33,838 nucleotides of DNA, from contig WAPT01000012.1 of the NCBI GenBank assembly GCA_015520605.1, positions 1 to 33,838 on the forward strand. The letters run 5' to 3'. Numbering within the stretch: the stretch's first letter is position 1; every line of letters begins with the position of its first letter. The DNA is from Nanobdellati archaeon (GTDB lineage: Archaea; EX4484-52; WAPT01). Under the pieces are notes generated by a model that was not told the origin of the DNA, searched no databases, and was given only the letters and a program-made list of their open reading frames with translations. Below, piece by piece: positions 8,444-17,459 of the stretch. The position numbers and the translations under genes are program-made.

Positions 8444-9276
8444 TAATGGTTATGGAGGGGGTATGTGAAGGCAACCGCTTCCTGAGGGAGTTGCAGGCAA
8501 TTTATGTTATGTGGATGAGACACATCAAAAGGTTCGCGAGGACAAAGGGCAGAGTTGCCGGAAGCATTTTACAACCGGCACTGTTCCTGATAGCCTTCGG
8601 AATTGGTATTGGCAGAGCAATGCCAATGAATGCTGCAGCTTCCATTAACGCTGGAAAGCACGGAAACATTACGGCAGGAATAACCTACTTCGATTTTCTG
8701 GTCTGCGGTCTTATAGGGATGAGCGTGATATTCAGCTCGGTGATGGCGGGAGTGTCCATCATCTGGGACAGGCAGTTCGGCTTTCTGAAAGAGGTCCTGA
8801 TAGCCCCGGTAAGCAGACTCTCAATAGTGTTTGGAAGAACTCTCGGGGCTGTGACGACCTCACTGATCCAAGCGGTTATTATCTATACCTTAGCACTTTT
8901 CATGGGGTTTAGGAGCAGTATTTTCTCTTTCGCTGCATCCATACCTGCGGTGCTCCTCCTCAGTCTCTTCGCCACGGCTCTCGGCATTTTTCTTTCCACG
9001 GTGATTCAGGATGTAGAGAGCTTTCAGATATGTCAAACACTCATCATTATGCCGATCGTTTTTTTGAGCACGGCCTTTATTCCCTACAGCACAGCTCCAG
9101 TATGGATTAAAGCGGTGCTGCGGCTCAATCCTGTATCCTACGGTGTGGACGGCATAAGACACCTGCTGATCGGATTCGGAGAGCTGAGCTTTGCCGTTGA
9201 TGTTGTTACTATTTTCATCGCGAGCATGGGCATGCTGTTCCTTAGCTCCTTGAGGTTCAGTAGGATGGAGGTGTGA
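8440..9276 (+). CDS. ABC-2 type exporter permease (DrrB-like)
   Basis: About 6 TM segments, DRQFGFLKEVLIAPVSR, NPVSYGVDGIR. True start may be ATG 8446 or 8452. Confidence 0.92.
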   Translation: MIMVMEGVCEGNRFLRELQAIYVMWMRHIKRFARTKGRVAGSILQPALFLIAFGIGIGRAMPMNAAASINAGKHGNITAGITYFDFLVCGLIGMSVIFSSVMAGVSIIWDRQFGFLKEVLIAPVSRLSIVFGRTLGAVTTSLIQAVIIYTLALFMGFRSSIFSFAASIPAVLLLSLFATALGIFLSTVIQDVESFQICQTLIIMPIVFLSTAFIPYSTAPVWIKAVLRLNPVSYGVDGIRHLLIGFGELSFAVDVVTIFIASMGMLFLSSLRFSRMEV

Positions 9277-10445
9277 TGGTCGTGCCCGGTAAAGGTAAAG
9301 GAAAAGGTGGGGAAACACCGACCGAGAGAGTGTTAAGAAAAGTAGCGGAATTCGAGGCGAAATACTACCCTTATATCATCGTCGTTATGATTGCAATCAC
9401 AACCATTTTTGCTCTGAGTCTTCCACTTCTCAAGATGGAAACGGACTTCACAAAGCTGATGCCACAGAATATGAAAAGCGTGAAGCTTGAATATGATGTG
9501 AGGGACGTTTTCGGAAGTACTGACACACTATTTGTTCTTGTGGAGCTCGACGATGAGTGCAAATATACCACCAATATCAAGACCATTGAGGATCCTCGGG
9601 TTGTCAATTACCTCCTCGAGCTTTCCCGCGGCCTCAAAAAGGACCCGAGCGTCAGGAGCGTGGTGTCGATAGCTATGCCATTCGAGCTTGCAGGGATGGT
9701 ACCGTACAACCAGAGCCTGATCGAAAATGTAATACACGCTTCTGGACTTAAAAACCTAATCAATCACGATAAAACGGCCACGCTCATGCTGGTCAGAATG
9801 GATATGGGCACCAGCGAGTCATCCCTTAAACGAAATGTGGAAAGAGTTCATGAACTTCTCGGAAGTGTGAAAAAACCCCCATGCGTGAAGTATGTTGTTA
9901 CCGGAAACCTCCCGATGCGGTACAGGATTCTTCAGCTGATGGTTCACGATATGATCTACACCCTGAGCGTGGCAGCCGCGATAATTTTCGTTCTGCTCGT
10001 ACTTCTCCGAAGAAGCGTAACTCAGGCTGTGCTCGTATTCCTTCCCCTTATGATGGGTGTTGTGTGGACTGGTGGTATTTTCTCCCTCACGGGATGGGAG
10101 CTGACGATCGTCACCATCGGAATAGGAGCTATGGTCCTCGGTCTGGGAGTGGAGTATGGGGTCTTCATGGTTGAGCGGTTCGAGGAGGAAATAAGGAAGG
10201 GTAAGGGTGCCAAAGAGGCACTCCTTATCGCTTTACCGTCGGTCGGGTCAAGCATAATGGGATCCGGTATTACAACCATCGCGGGATTTCTTGCTCTCCT
10301 CAGTGCGGCATTTCCGATGCTTTCGCTACTCGGTATAGCTCTTGCCACGAGTATCTCTTGTATGCTGATCATCGCAATCCTGTTCCTGCCATGTCTCCTG
10401 ATGCTCGAGAGCAGACTGACAGAGATATTCTGGAGGGAGGTATGA
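9276..10445 (+). CDS. RND/MMPL-family (HAE3-like) transporter, half-size subunit A
   Basis: 1 TM, extracytoplasmic domain (D.FGSTD), then 5 TM. GLGVEYGVFMVERFEEE and TTIAGFLAL motifs. TGATG coupling to the permease stop. Confidence 0.85.
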   Translation: MVVPGKGKGKGGETPTERVLRKVAEFEAKYYPYIIVVMIAITTIFALSLPLLKMETDFTKLMPQNMKSVKLEYDVRDVFGSTDTLFVLVELDDECKYTTNIKTIEDPRVVNYLLELSRGLKKDPSVRSVVSIAMPFELAGMVPYNQSLIENVIHASGLKNLINHDKTATLMLVRMDMGTSESSLKRNVERVHELLGSVKKPPCVKYVVTGNLPMRYRILQLMVHDMIYTLSVAAAIIFVLLVLLRRSVTQAVLVFLPLMMGVVWTGGIFSLTGWELTIVTIGIGAMVLGLGVEYGVFMVERFEEEIRKGKGAKEALLIALPSVGSSIMGSGITTIAGFLALLSAAFPMLSLLGIALATSISCMLIIAILFLPCLLMLESRLTEIFWREV

Positions 10446-10449
10446 GGTG

Positions 10450-12180
10450 ATGAGCGTGAGAAATCGCATGAAGAGAGCTCTCGAAGCGTATGCGGAATTC
10501 GTGTCAACAAAGCCGCAATTATTGCTCGCTGTTATCCTGGTGTTCACCGTGATTATGGCAGTCATGAGCACGAGAGTCCACACAAAGTCTATGAATTACC
10601 AGTCGACACTTCCCAAAAGCGTTGAAGAAATCAGAGCGATGTTCAGGATAGGGGATGAGTTCGGTAGAACGTCATCTACTATGTATATTGTCATCAGGGC
10701 CGATGGAGGCGGAGTTGATGATATACTCTCTCCAGCATCCCTGAAGTACATGGCATCCCTTGAAGAGAAGCTGAAAACCCTTCCGTTTGTGGAAAGCACA
10801 AATAGTATAGTGGATTTCGTGATGTCTCACAACAACAGCACAATACCACCAACAACGGGGGATGTGTTGAGAGTTATCGAAAACTCGAAAAAGGTGTGCC
10901 TCCCTCCCGGAATGGCGGGTGGAGGACGCGCAGGTGGAGACATCAGCTCAGCACTCAGGATCATTGCCGAGAATTCGGCATCCCTTGCTTCAGCTCAGAG
11001 AAACATAAGCACAGGCATTACAGGGATAGCTGCCGGCATCTCGGGAGTGAGCTTGACCCTGAAGAGGATCAGTGAGGGGATGAGAAACGGTCATTACAGT
11101 TTGGATGCTATGGTGAATGCGTATACTCAGCTCTACATGCTTAACTATACTGTGGCGACATCTCCAACTCTTTCTCCACAGGAAAAGCAGGCGATGTTCT
11201 CCATGATATCACAACTCGAGCGGGATCTGAACGAGATCGCGGACAGCTTTCAGAATATGGGGGAAAGACTTGATGAGCTTGCAGATGCACTGAATGGAAT
11301 GGCATTATCTTTAGATGCCATGTCGGAGGCGCTGGTATCGATGGCAAATGCGGTCAACGGCACTGCGAAAGGAAACGAGATGATTTCAAATGCCCTCGAG
11401 AATGTGTCCAGTGCGATTTTCGTCATGGAGATGAGAATGAAGGAAATTGCAGGCAATCACAACGAAGAAGCGAAAAAATGCGTGACTATAGATCCTCTCA
11501 CGGGATTTGTCAGCGATGACAGAAGCACGGCAATAATTTACCTTTCCCTTCAGGATGTGGGTGAGAACGAAAGAAAGGAAGTTGTACATGAAGTGAAAGA
11601 TATTGTGGAAAGCGTTCCGCCTCCACCGGGAATGGAAGCCGAACTTGGCGGAAGCATGGTCTATTTCACGGAGATAAGATCCAGAATCGGGGAGATCATG
11701 GGAAAAACATCATCCATATCCATGATCTCTATCCTCATTATCGTCTGTCTGCTGCTCTATTCCGTAAGGTTTGGTCTGATCTCTCTGCTTTCCATCCTTT
11801 TCGGCACAATCTGGGTTTACGGCATGTTTGGGACCATGGGGATCAGCGTCTCTCCTCAAACATCCGGCGCACTCTCGATGATAATGGGCATAGGCATAGA
11901 TTTTGGCATTCAGGTCGTCAACAGGTTCAAACAGGAGCTTAGGAAGACCACTGCCGAAAAAGCAATGAAAATCGCCGTAACAAGAACATTTTACCCCATG
12001 TTAATCACAACACTCTCGGCCCTTATAGGTTTCAGGGCCATGAGCATGGGCACGATAACCGTGCTTAAGGAGCTCGGAGTAATGATGAGCTACGGTGTTG
12101 CCATGTGCTTCGTTGCGGCAATAACCGTGGTACCGTCTTTAGCGCTGATAATGGAGAAACTGAGAATCAGAAGAAGCTAA
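10450..12180 (+). CDS. RND/MMPL-family transporter, half-size subunit B with long coiled-coil insertion
   Basis: 1+5 TM topology, GIGIDFGIQVVNRFKQE, TTLSALIGF. Long Ala/Ser/Gly-rich heptad insertion in the extracytoplasmic loop. Confidence 0.85.
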   Translation: MSVRNRMKRALEAYAEFVSTKPQLLLAVILVFTVIMAVMSTRVHTKSMNYQSTLPKSVEEIRAMFRIGDEFGRTSSTMYIVIRADGGGVDDILSPASLKYMASLEEKLKTLPFVESTNSIVDFVMSHNNSTIPPTTGDVLRVIENSKKVCLPPGMAGGGRAGGDISSALRIIAENSASLASAQRNISTGITGIAAGISGVSLTLKRISEGMRNGHYSLDAMVNAYTQLYMLNYTVATSPTLSPQEKQAMFSMISQLERDLNEIADSFQNMGERLDELADALNGMALSLDAMSEALVSMANAVNGTAKGNEMISNALENVSSAIFVMEMRMKEIAGNHNEEAKKCVTIDPLTGFVSDDRSTAIIYLSLQDVGENERKEVVHEVKDIVESVPPPPGMEAELGGSMVYFTEIRSRIGEIMGKTSSISMISILIIVCLLLYSVRFGLISLLSILFGTIWVYGMFGTMGISVSPQTSGALSMIMGIGIDFGIQVVNRFKQELRKTTAEKAMKIAVTRTFYPMLITTLSALIGFRAMSMGTITVLKELGVMMSYGVAMCFVAAITVVPSLALIMEKLRIRRS

Positions 12181-12226
12181 CAAAAGTCAGCAATCTTTAT
12201 AAAATTATTCTTTTTATTTATTATGA

Positions 12227-12254
12227 CATCGGATGAGCTGATGAGATGAGGTGA
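12227..12254 (+). promoter_or_regulatory. Candidate kink-turn-like element in the rpl7ae 5' UTR
   Basis: CATC-GGAT-GA-G...T-GA-GATG just downstream of TATA TTTATAAA (12196-12203), abutting the RBS GAGGTGA (12248-12254). Confidence 0.5.
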
Positions 12255-12259
12255 TGAGT

Positions 12260-12643
12260 ATGGCTGCGAGCTATGTGGATGTCCAGGTTCCTTCCGAGGT
12301 TGCTGAAAAGATTTACGATCTTATCGAGGAGATCGTGAAGAGCGGTGGTGTTGTCAAGAAAGGCAGTAACGAGGCAACAAAGGCCATAGAGCGGGGTTTT
12401 GCAAAATTTGTTGTGATAGCGGAGGACGTGAACCCGGAGGAAATTGTCATGCATCTGCCCCCTCTCTGCAGGGAAAAGAACGTGCCTTACGCATTTGTGC
12501 CGAGCAAGAAGGAGCTCGGTGCAGCCGCAGGCATCGATGTTAGCGCCTCGGCTGTTGCGGTTGTTGATGCGGGTAAAGCTGAAAGGAAGATGATAGAGAT
12601 CATCAAAGAAGTCGAAAAGCTTAGAGGTAAGACGGAGGAATGA
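12260..12643 (+). CDS. rpl7ae: 50S ribosomal protein L7Ae
   Basis: KKGSNEATKAIERG.AKFVVIAEDVNPEEIVMHLP.LC.EK.VPY..VPSK.ELG.AAG. Start chosen from RBS spacing. Confidence 0.97.
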   Translation: MAASYVDVQVPSEVAEKIYDLIEEIVKSGGVVKKGSNEATKAIERGFAKFVVIAEDVNPEEIVMHLPPLCREKNVPYAFVPSKKELGAAAGIDVSASAVAVVDAGKAERKMIEIIKEVEKLRGKTEE

Positions 12644-12666
12644 TAGCTTTAGCACGGTGATAACAA

Positions 12667-12861
12667 ATGGCGGTTCCCGTCGAGGTCATAGAGATCATCG
12701 ATAGAAGCGGTTCAAAGGGCGTTACTCGAGTAAGATGCAGGATCCTTGAAGGTCCGAGGAAGGACAGAGTTATAATAAGAAACGTCCTCGGGCCGGTAAG
12801 GAAGGGTGACATATTGATGATCTCCGAGCCGGAGATGGAGACTGTAGGTACCATAGAGTAG
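12667..12861 (+). CDS. rps28e: 30S ribosomal protein S28e
   Basis: [19 protein letters not shown]....[17 protein letters not shown]; canonical position after rpl7ae. Confidence 0.96.
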   Translation: MAVPVEVIEIIDRSGSKGVTRVRCRILEGPRKDRVIIRNVLGPVRKGDILMISEPEMETVGTIE

Positions 12862-12952
12862 AGGATTTCGTACATCTTTAGGTTTCACTTAATTCAATCC
12901 AACTTGCCTTTAAACTTCGATACTCCTCAATCCATGAGGGGGTGATGGGAAT

Positions 12953-13174
12953 ATGGTGAAATGTTCCTTTTGTGGAAGGGAAATTCCTCCTGGAAGAGGA
13001 ACGATGTTTGTAAAAAACGACGGCACCATCTTTTACTATTGCAGCTCAAAATGTGAGAGAAACGCTCAAATGAGAAACCCGGTAAAAGTGAGGTGGACCG
13101 AAGCATATAGAAAGGCAAAGATGCTTAGACTTCATGTGAAGGAGGAAAGGTTCGGAGAAGAGAGGATGAATTAG
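12953..13174 (+). CDS. rpl24e: 50S ribosomal protein L24e
   Basis: CSFCG..IPPG.G.MFV..DG....YCSSKC..N...RNP.K..WT. Confidence 0.97.
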   Translation: MVKCSFCGREIPPGRGTMFVKNDGTIFYYCSSKCERNAQMRNPVKVRWTEAYRKAKMLRLHVKEERFGEERMN

Positions 13175-13206
13175 AAATATTCAATTATATGGCCTTGGTG
13201 GTAGCT

Positions 13207-13662
13207 ATGGAAACGGAGAGGACGCTGGTTCTAATAAAGCCGGACGGTGTGCAGCGTGGCCTTATAGGCAAGATAATTTCAAGGTTTGAAGATAAGGGGT
13301 TAAAGATCGTTGCTATGAAGATGCTCCACCTCACAAAAGAAAATGCTGAGGAGCATTACGCTCAGCACAAAGGTAAGCCGTTCTTTGACAGCCTGATAAA
13401 CTACATAACTTCCGCGCCAATCGTAGCCATGGTGGTTGAGGGCAAAAATGCCGTCGCCTGCATCAGGAAGGTGGTTGGAGCAACCAACCCACAGGAAGCG
13501 GAGCCCGGTACGATAAGGTTCGATTTCGCCATGGATATCGGCAGGAACATAATACATGCTTCTGACTCGCCAGATACTGCGGAGCGAGAGATAAAGCTCT
13601 TCTTCGATGAGTCGGAAATCTTTGATTATAAGAGAATTGATGAAGAGTGGGTGTATGAGTAG
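13207..13662 (+). CDS. ndk: Nucleoside diphosphate kinase
   Basis: [30 protein letters not shown] (phospho-His). Start 13207 preferred over 13189. Confidence 0.98.
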   Translation: METERTLVLIKPDGVQRGLIGKIISRFEDKGLKIVAMKMLHLTKENAEEHYAQHKGKPFFDSLINYITSAPIVAMVVEGKNAVACIRKVVGATNPQEAEPGTIRFDFAMDIGRNIIHASDSPDTAEREIKLFFDESEIFDYKRIDEEWVYE

Positions 13663-13664
13663 TC

Positions 13665-13700
13665 TTGTTTCTTTCTCTATCTTATCTTACATTTCTCTCC
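13665..13700 (+). terminator. Pyrimidine/T-rich tract after ndk, putative archaeal terminator
   Basis: TTGTTTCTTTCTCTATCTTATCTT immediately after the ndk stop, between convergent genes. Confidence 0.35.
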
Positions 13701-13742
13701 TACTCCTGCCTTATTAGTTCTATTAAATTTACTCAGAAGTTC

Positions 13743-14666
13743 CTACACAGTACTAAACTCTATTATTTTTCTTTGCTTAATTTTATCTAACACATTTCTG
13801 ATTCTATCGTTAGCTATCCTGAGATAGTCAGGATTAATCTCATATCCCACAAAGTTTCTTCTGGTGAGTATTGCTGCTACTGCTGTGGTTCCAGAACCCA
13901 TAAATGGGTCTAACACCACTTCTCCTACAAAAGTGTAGAGCTTTATACATCTATACGGTAACTCTACAGGAAATGGTGCGGGATGACCAACTCTTTTCGC
14001 GGATTCTGGTGGAAATATCCACACACTCTTTGTGAATTCTAGGAACTCCTCTCTACTCAGATCGCTCTCTCGTTCTAAAGGATTGTCTCTTCTCATTTTC
14101 TTCTTGGAAAATACTAGAATATACTCATGCACATCTCTAAGGATAGGGTTTGATGGTGATTTCCAACTCCCCCATGCTGTAGAGCCTGCGGCACCGTTCT
14201 TGTACCAAATGATCTCACCCCTCATAGCAAACCCGATATTTTCTATCAACATCTTAGCAAGATAAGCATGAAGTGGTATATATGGCTTTCTGCCTAAATT
14301 TGCTATGTTAAGACAAAACCTTCCTCCAGGAACAAGAACGCGGTACACTTCTCTAAACACTCTTTTCAAGAATTCAAGATATTCATTAAAAGACAAATCT
14401 TCATCGTATTCTTTCCCAACATTGTATGGGGGCGATGTAACAACAAGATGAACAGAATTGTCGGGTAATTCTTCCATTTTTTCAGAAGATTTTAAGAATA
14501 TTCTATTGAGATGCTTTTGCGGTATCTGGTTTTCTATATATCTCTCATCTTCATCTATATTGATGGGAAAATCCTTATATAGGTTTCTGGAGTAAAACGG
14601 AGATGAGTCATGGGAATATCTACCTGAAACTCCGAATTCAGATGTAAGTGTTTTTTTAGTTTTCAT
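13743..14666 (-). CDS. Site-specific DNA methyltransferase, beta class (likely N4-cytosine)
   Basis: Motif IV VTSPPY precedes motif I VLDPFMGSGTT; HPAPFP; TAWGSW. SPPY is typical of m4C enzymes. Start at ATG 14666 after GAGGTG. Confidence 0.92.
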   Translation of the reverse strand: MKTKKTLTSEFGVSGRYSHDSSPFYSRNLYKDFPINIDEDERYIENQIPQKHLNRIFLKSSEKMEELPDNSVHLVVTSPPYNVGKEYDEDLSFNEYLEFLKRVFREVYRVLVPGGRFCLNIANLGRKPYIPLHAYLAKMLIENIGFAMRGEIIWYKNGAAGSTAWGSWKSPSNPILRDVHEYILVFSKKKMRRDNPLERESDLSREEFLEFTKSVWIFPPESAKRVGHPAPFPVELPYRCIKLYTFVGEVVLDPFMGSGTTAVAAILTRRNFVGYEINPDYLRIANDRIRNVLDKIKQRKIIEFSTV

Positions 14667-15570
14667 TTTCGACACCTCTAAGCAGTTTTAAGAATTTTAT
14701 AGCCTTGGATTCGTATGTTTTTTCTCTATTAGCTATTTCTATGATTTTACCAAGTGTGATTTTATCTAGCATAGCGCTAAAGAAAACTCTCTCCTCTTTT
14801 AAGTGTTCAAGAATTATGTTTTCTAATTCCTTATAAGAGTCCATCCTGACAAATCCGCCATTTGGTGTGGATTTTATATTGAGAACATCGTTTTCATCAT
14901 CGGAGGGTTTAGTGTTAACGGAGATAAATCCCTGTATGATTCCGTACTGTTTTAAATGATCGACTTTCTTATAGTAATTTCTCGTGATTGGAGTGTTCCC
15001 AACAACAAAAATCGGTATTTTGGATGCGTTTAAACTTGCGACTCTTATATTAATGCTTTTACCGATAGCTTTTAGCATAGTATCGGATCTCAATAAACTT
15101 GGATTACCGGTGTGAGTATGGAAGTCTCCTATCCTCTTCAAGATCACATCACCGTCCTTTCCTATAAGTTCCCAATTCCACACGACAGACATCTTTATTT
15201 CGAATATCATCACTATATTCTCAGCTTTCTGTAACTTCCCTTCCTCTTTACAAATAACAACATCCGCAGGAGAGTTTTTTGTGAGTTCTAATTCCTCACA
15301 CACAACACCAGTTTCTACAAAACACCCTATCTTTTTGGCTATGGGTTCAATCAGTTTAGAGAACCATTTCTCGGTATATGCTCCAATGTAAGCATTCCTG
15401 CTTTGGAGTGTGGTTTTTGGTCCCTTATAAGATTTTGGATAATAGGCAACAAACTTTTCTATATTTTCCTCTACCTTTATTCTATAGAATAAGGTCTCTG
15501 GAGGCACGTAGGGTAGAAAAGATCTGAAAAATTTTTCCTCTTCTGATGGTTGCCAAAGTGCAGAGGACAT
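14656..15570 (-). CDS. Putative type II restriction endonuclease (PD-(D/E)xK)
   Basis: E...SPADVVIC...FEIK catalytic-like pattern. 3' end overlaps the MTase start; shares its AT-rich composition. Confidence 0.7.
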   Translation of the reverse strand: MSSALWQPSEEEKFFRSFLPYVPPETLFYRIKVEENIEKFVAYYPKSYKGPKTTLQSRNAYIGAYTEKWFSKLIEPIAKKIGCFVETGVVCEELELTKNSPADVVICKEEGKLQKAENIVMIFEIKMSVVWNWELIGKDGDVILKRIGDFHTHTGNPSLLRSDTMLKAIGKSINIRVASLNASKIPIFVVGNTPITRNYYKKVDHLKQYGIIQGFISVNTKPSDDENDVLNIKSTPNGGFVRMDSYKELENIILEHLKEERVFFSAMLDKITLGKIIEIANREKTYESKAIKFLKLLRGVENEN

Positions 15571-15647
15571 TTTAATCTCCTCTTCTTTCTATACTCGAAA
15601 TTTAACGTCACAAAGATTTAAGTTATAGCAGTCCTGAATCATCATTA

Positions 15648-16022
15648 TTATCTCACATACACCGTCTTAACCACAATGCCCGCTGTACCGATCACGCTTA
15701 TCTTTTTCAACATTTTCCCCGAGTTGATGTATCGTTTCACTTTCCCGTAAAAAACTCCGCGCTCAAGTCTTCTGAGCTCACACTCGTCTTCAAAAGCCGG
15801 GTAGTAATAATAGTGGTGAACAAGTAACGCTTCAGAACTTTTGCAAAATGATCTACCGCCACCACATATGTCTTCGGAAGGCAGCAGCAGCACCTCATCT
15901 CCATCATAATTCAGGGAAAGAAAGAACGGAATATCAATGTGCTCCTTACCTTTTTTTGAAAAAATATAAATGTTGAGCCACTCTCCATCGGAAGACACGA
16001 GGATGTCAACAGCCCCCCTCAT
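15648..16022 (-). CDS. Hypothetical protein (124 aa), last gene of the leftward glycogen arm
   Basis: ATG 19 nt after the GH57 stop, with AGGTG upstream. No family recognised. Confidence 0.55.
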   Translation of the reverse strand: MRGAVDILVSSDGEWLNIYIFSKKGKEHIDIPFFLSLNYDGDEVLLLPSEDICGGGRSFCKSSEALLVHHYYYYPAFEDECELRRLERGVFYGKVKRYINSGKMLKKISVIGTAGIVVKTVYVR

Positions 16023-16041
16023 GCGGCACAGACACCTGACC

Positions 16042-17388
16042 TCAATCTTTCATATTCTTAATCCCTTTCTTGATTCTTATCGGTTCCCGCACCCTGATTT
16101 TAGTTCCATCCTTGCTTCCGTTTTTAGCTGGAAGAACATTTTTCTTCACATCTTTAGCCCTTTCCATCTCCTTCCCCATTAAGTACTGCAGGTGGGTGAG
16201 AACCTTCATTATCCCTTCAAAGGCCTCATGCGGCGTGCCGTACGGACTGAAGTACTTGTGCACGTCTCCGTCACTCCAGTGCTTGGTGCAGCAATAATAA
16301 AGATGGTCGGAAGTCTGGAGGTACCTCCACAACCTCCTCGCAGCAGGGACGTCACACTCTCTCAGCTTTCTTCCTATCTTTTCAAGTTCTCTGAATGCCA
16401 CTCTCTGCATCTCATTGCCCAACCATGCTGAGAGATCGCGCTCCATATCCGCCCACGAGATTGTCTGCCATCCCGGCACGTCAATCACACCTCTGGGGGG
16501 GTACCTTTCAACGGCTTCACTTACAGTTACGAAGTCCACATGCTCGTATTTGAGCAGCTCATACGGCAGGTACTTGAGGAACTCGAAGATACCTGTATCT
16601 TCCCACTGGTGCTCTCCAAAGGTCTCGTAGTCCATGAAAAGATTTATGACCTCTCCTTGGCAAGCGGCTATCCATGCCGCGTATTTATCAGCGGTCAGAG
16701 GCCATGCCTCAAACCATCTTGCTGAGAAGCGGAAACTTACATCATCGCTCAGCCTGTAGTGTCTCAACAGAACGGGAATGTTTGTCCCGTAACTCACATA
16801 CACATGCTCGGGACTTCTCCCGTTAAGTACAAATTCTGTACCTTCTGCAAGCATAGCTTTAAAGCCCATCTCCTCAATCTTCTTTGCGATCTGGTTGTTG
16901 AATATTAATTCTGTGTTCCTGAAGGCCCTCGGTTTGTAACCTATCTCATCCTTTATCAGTTCCAAATGCATCCTGACCTGCTCCTCAAACTCATTCTCCA
17001 GTCCATTATCGATCCACAGGCTGGAAAGGCTATGATGGTACGTCTCAGCAAGGAACTCCACGCAGCCCGTGTCAGCGAGCCATCTGAAAAGATCAACGAT
17101 CTCCGGAACGTACCGCTTTGCTTGCTCGAGAAAGACCCCGGACAGGCTGTATGTCACCTTAAACTTTTTTTTCTGCCCTCTGTAATTGTCAACCAGCGAT
17201 AGTATCAGCTTTGTTGCAGGGATGTAGCACTTCTCTGCAACTTTTTTCATTATTTTTTCGTTTGTGGCGTCATCAAATACACATTTTTCAAACTCCTCAA
17301 AGCTATCTATTCCTCTCAAATTTATCTTCCACCCGGGTTTCAGTCTTCTGGGCTGGTGTACCTCAAAGTAAAAGCATACCGATACCAT
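16042..17388 (-). CDS. Glycoside hydrolase family 57, alpha-amylase-like
   Basis: FEVHQP, ETYHHS, FRNTELI (nucleophile Glu), FMDYETFGEHQW (acid/base Asp), LQTSDH. Start 17388 after GGAGGT. Confidence 0.93.
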   Translation of the reverse strand: MVSVCFYFEVHQPRRLKPGWKINLRGIDSFEEFEKCVFDDATNEKIMKKVAEKCYIPATKLILSLVDNYRGQKKKFKVTYSLSGVFLEQAKRYVPEIVDLFRWLADTGCVEFLAETYHHSLSSLWIDNGLENEFEEQVRMHLELIKDEIGYKPRAFRNTELIFNNQIAKKIEEMGFKAMLAEGTEFVLNGRSPEHVYVSYGTNIPVLLRHYRLSDDVSFRFSARWFEAWPLTADKYAAWIAACQGEVINLFMDYETFGEHQWEDTGIFEFLKYLPYELLKYEHVDFVTVSEAVERYPPRGVIDVPGWQTISWADMERDLSAWLGNEMQRVAFRELEKIGRKLRECDVPAARRLWRYLQTSDHLYYCCTKHWSDGDVHKYFSPYGTPHEAFEGIMKVLTHLQYLMGKEMERAKDVKKNVLPAKNGSKDGTKIRVREPIRIKKGIKNMKD

Positions 17389-17459
17389 AAACAATACCTC
17401 CGAGTTCTGAAGTTTCTTTTTTATCTCCTTCTCTTTCCAGCAGTCTTGGTTTTTGATCT

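Noticed and set aside
16042-17388. GH57 branching enzyme
   Set aside because: The first conserved region is EVHQP and the DYETFGEH context is alpha-amylase type; the HxHLP of GH57 branching enzymes is absent.
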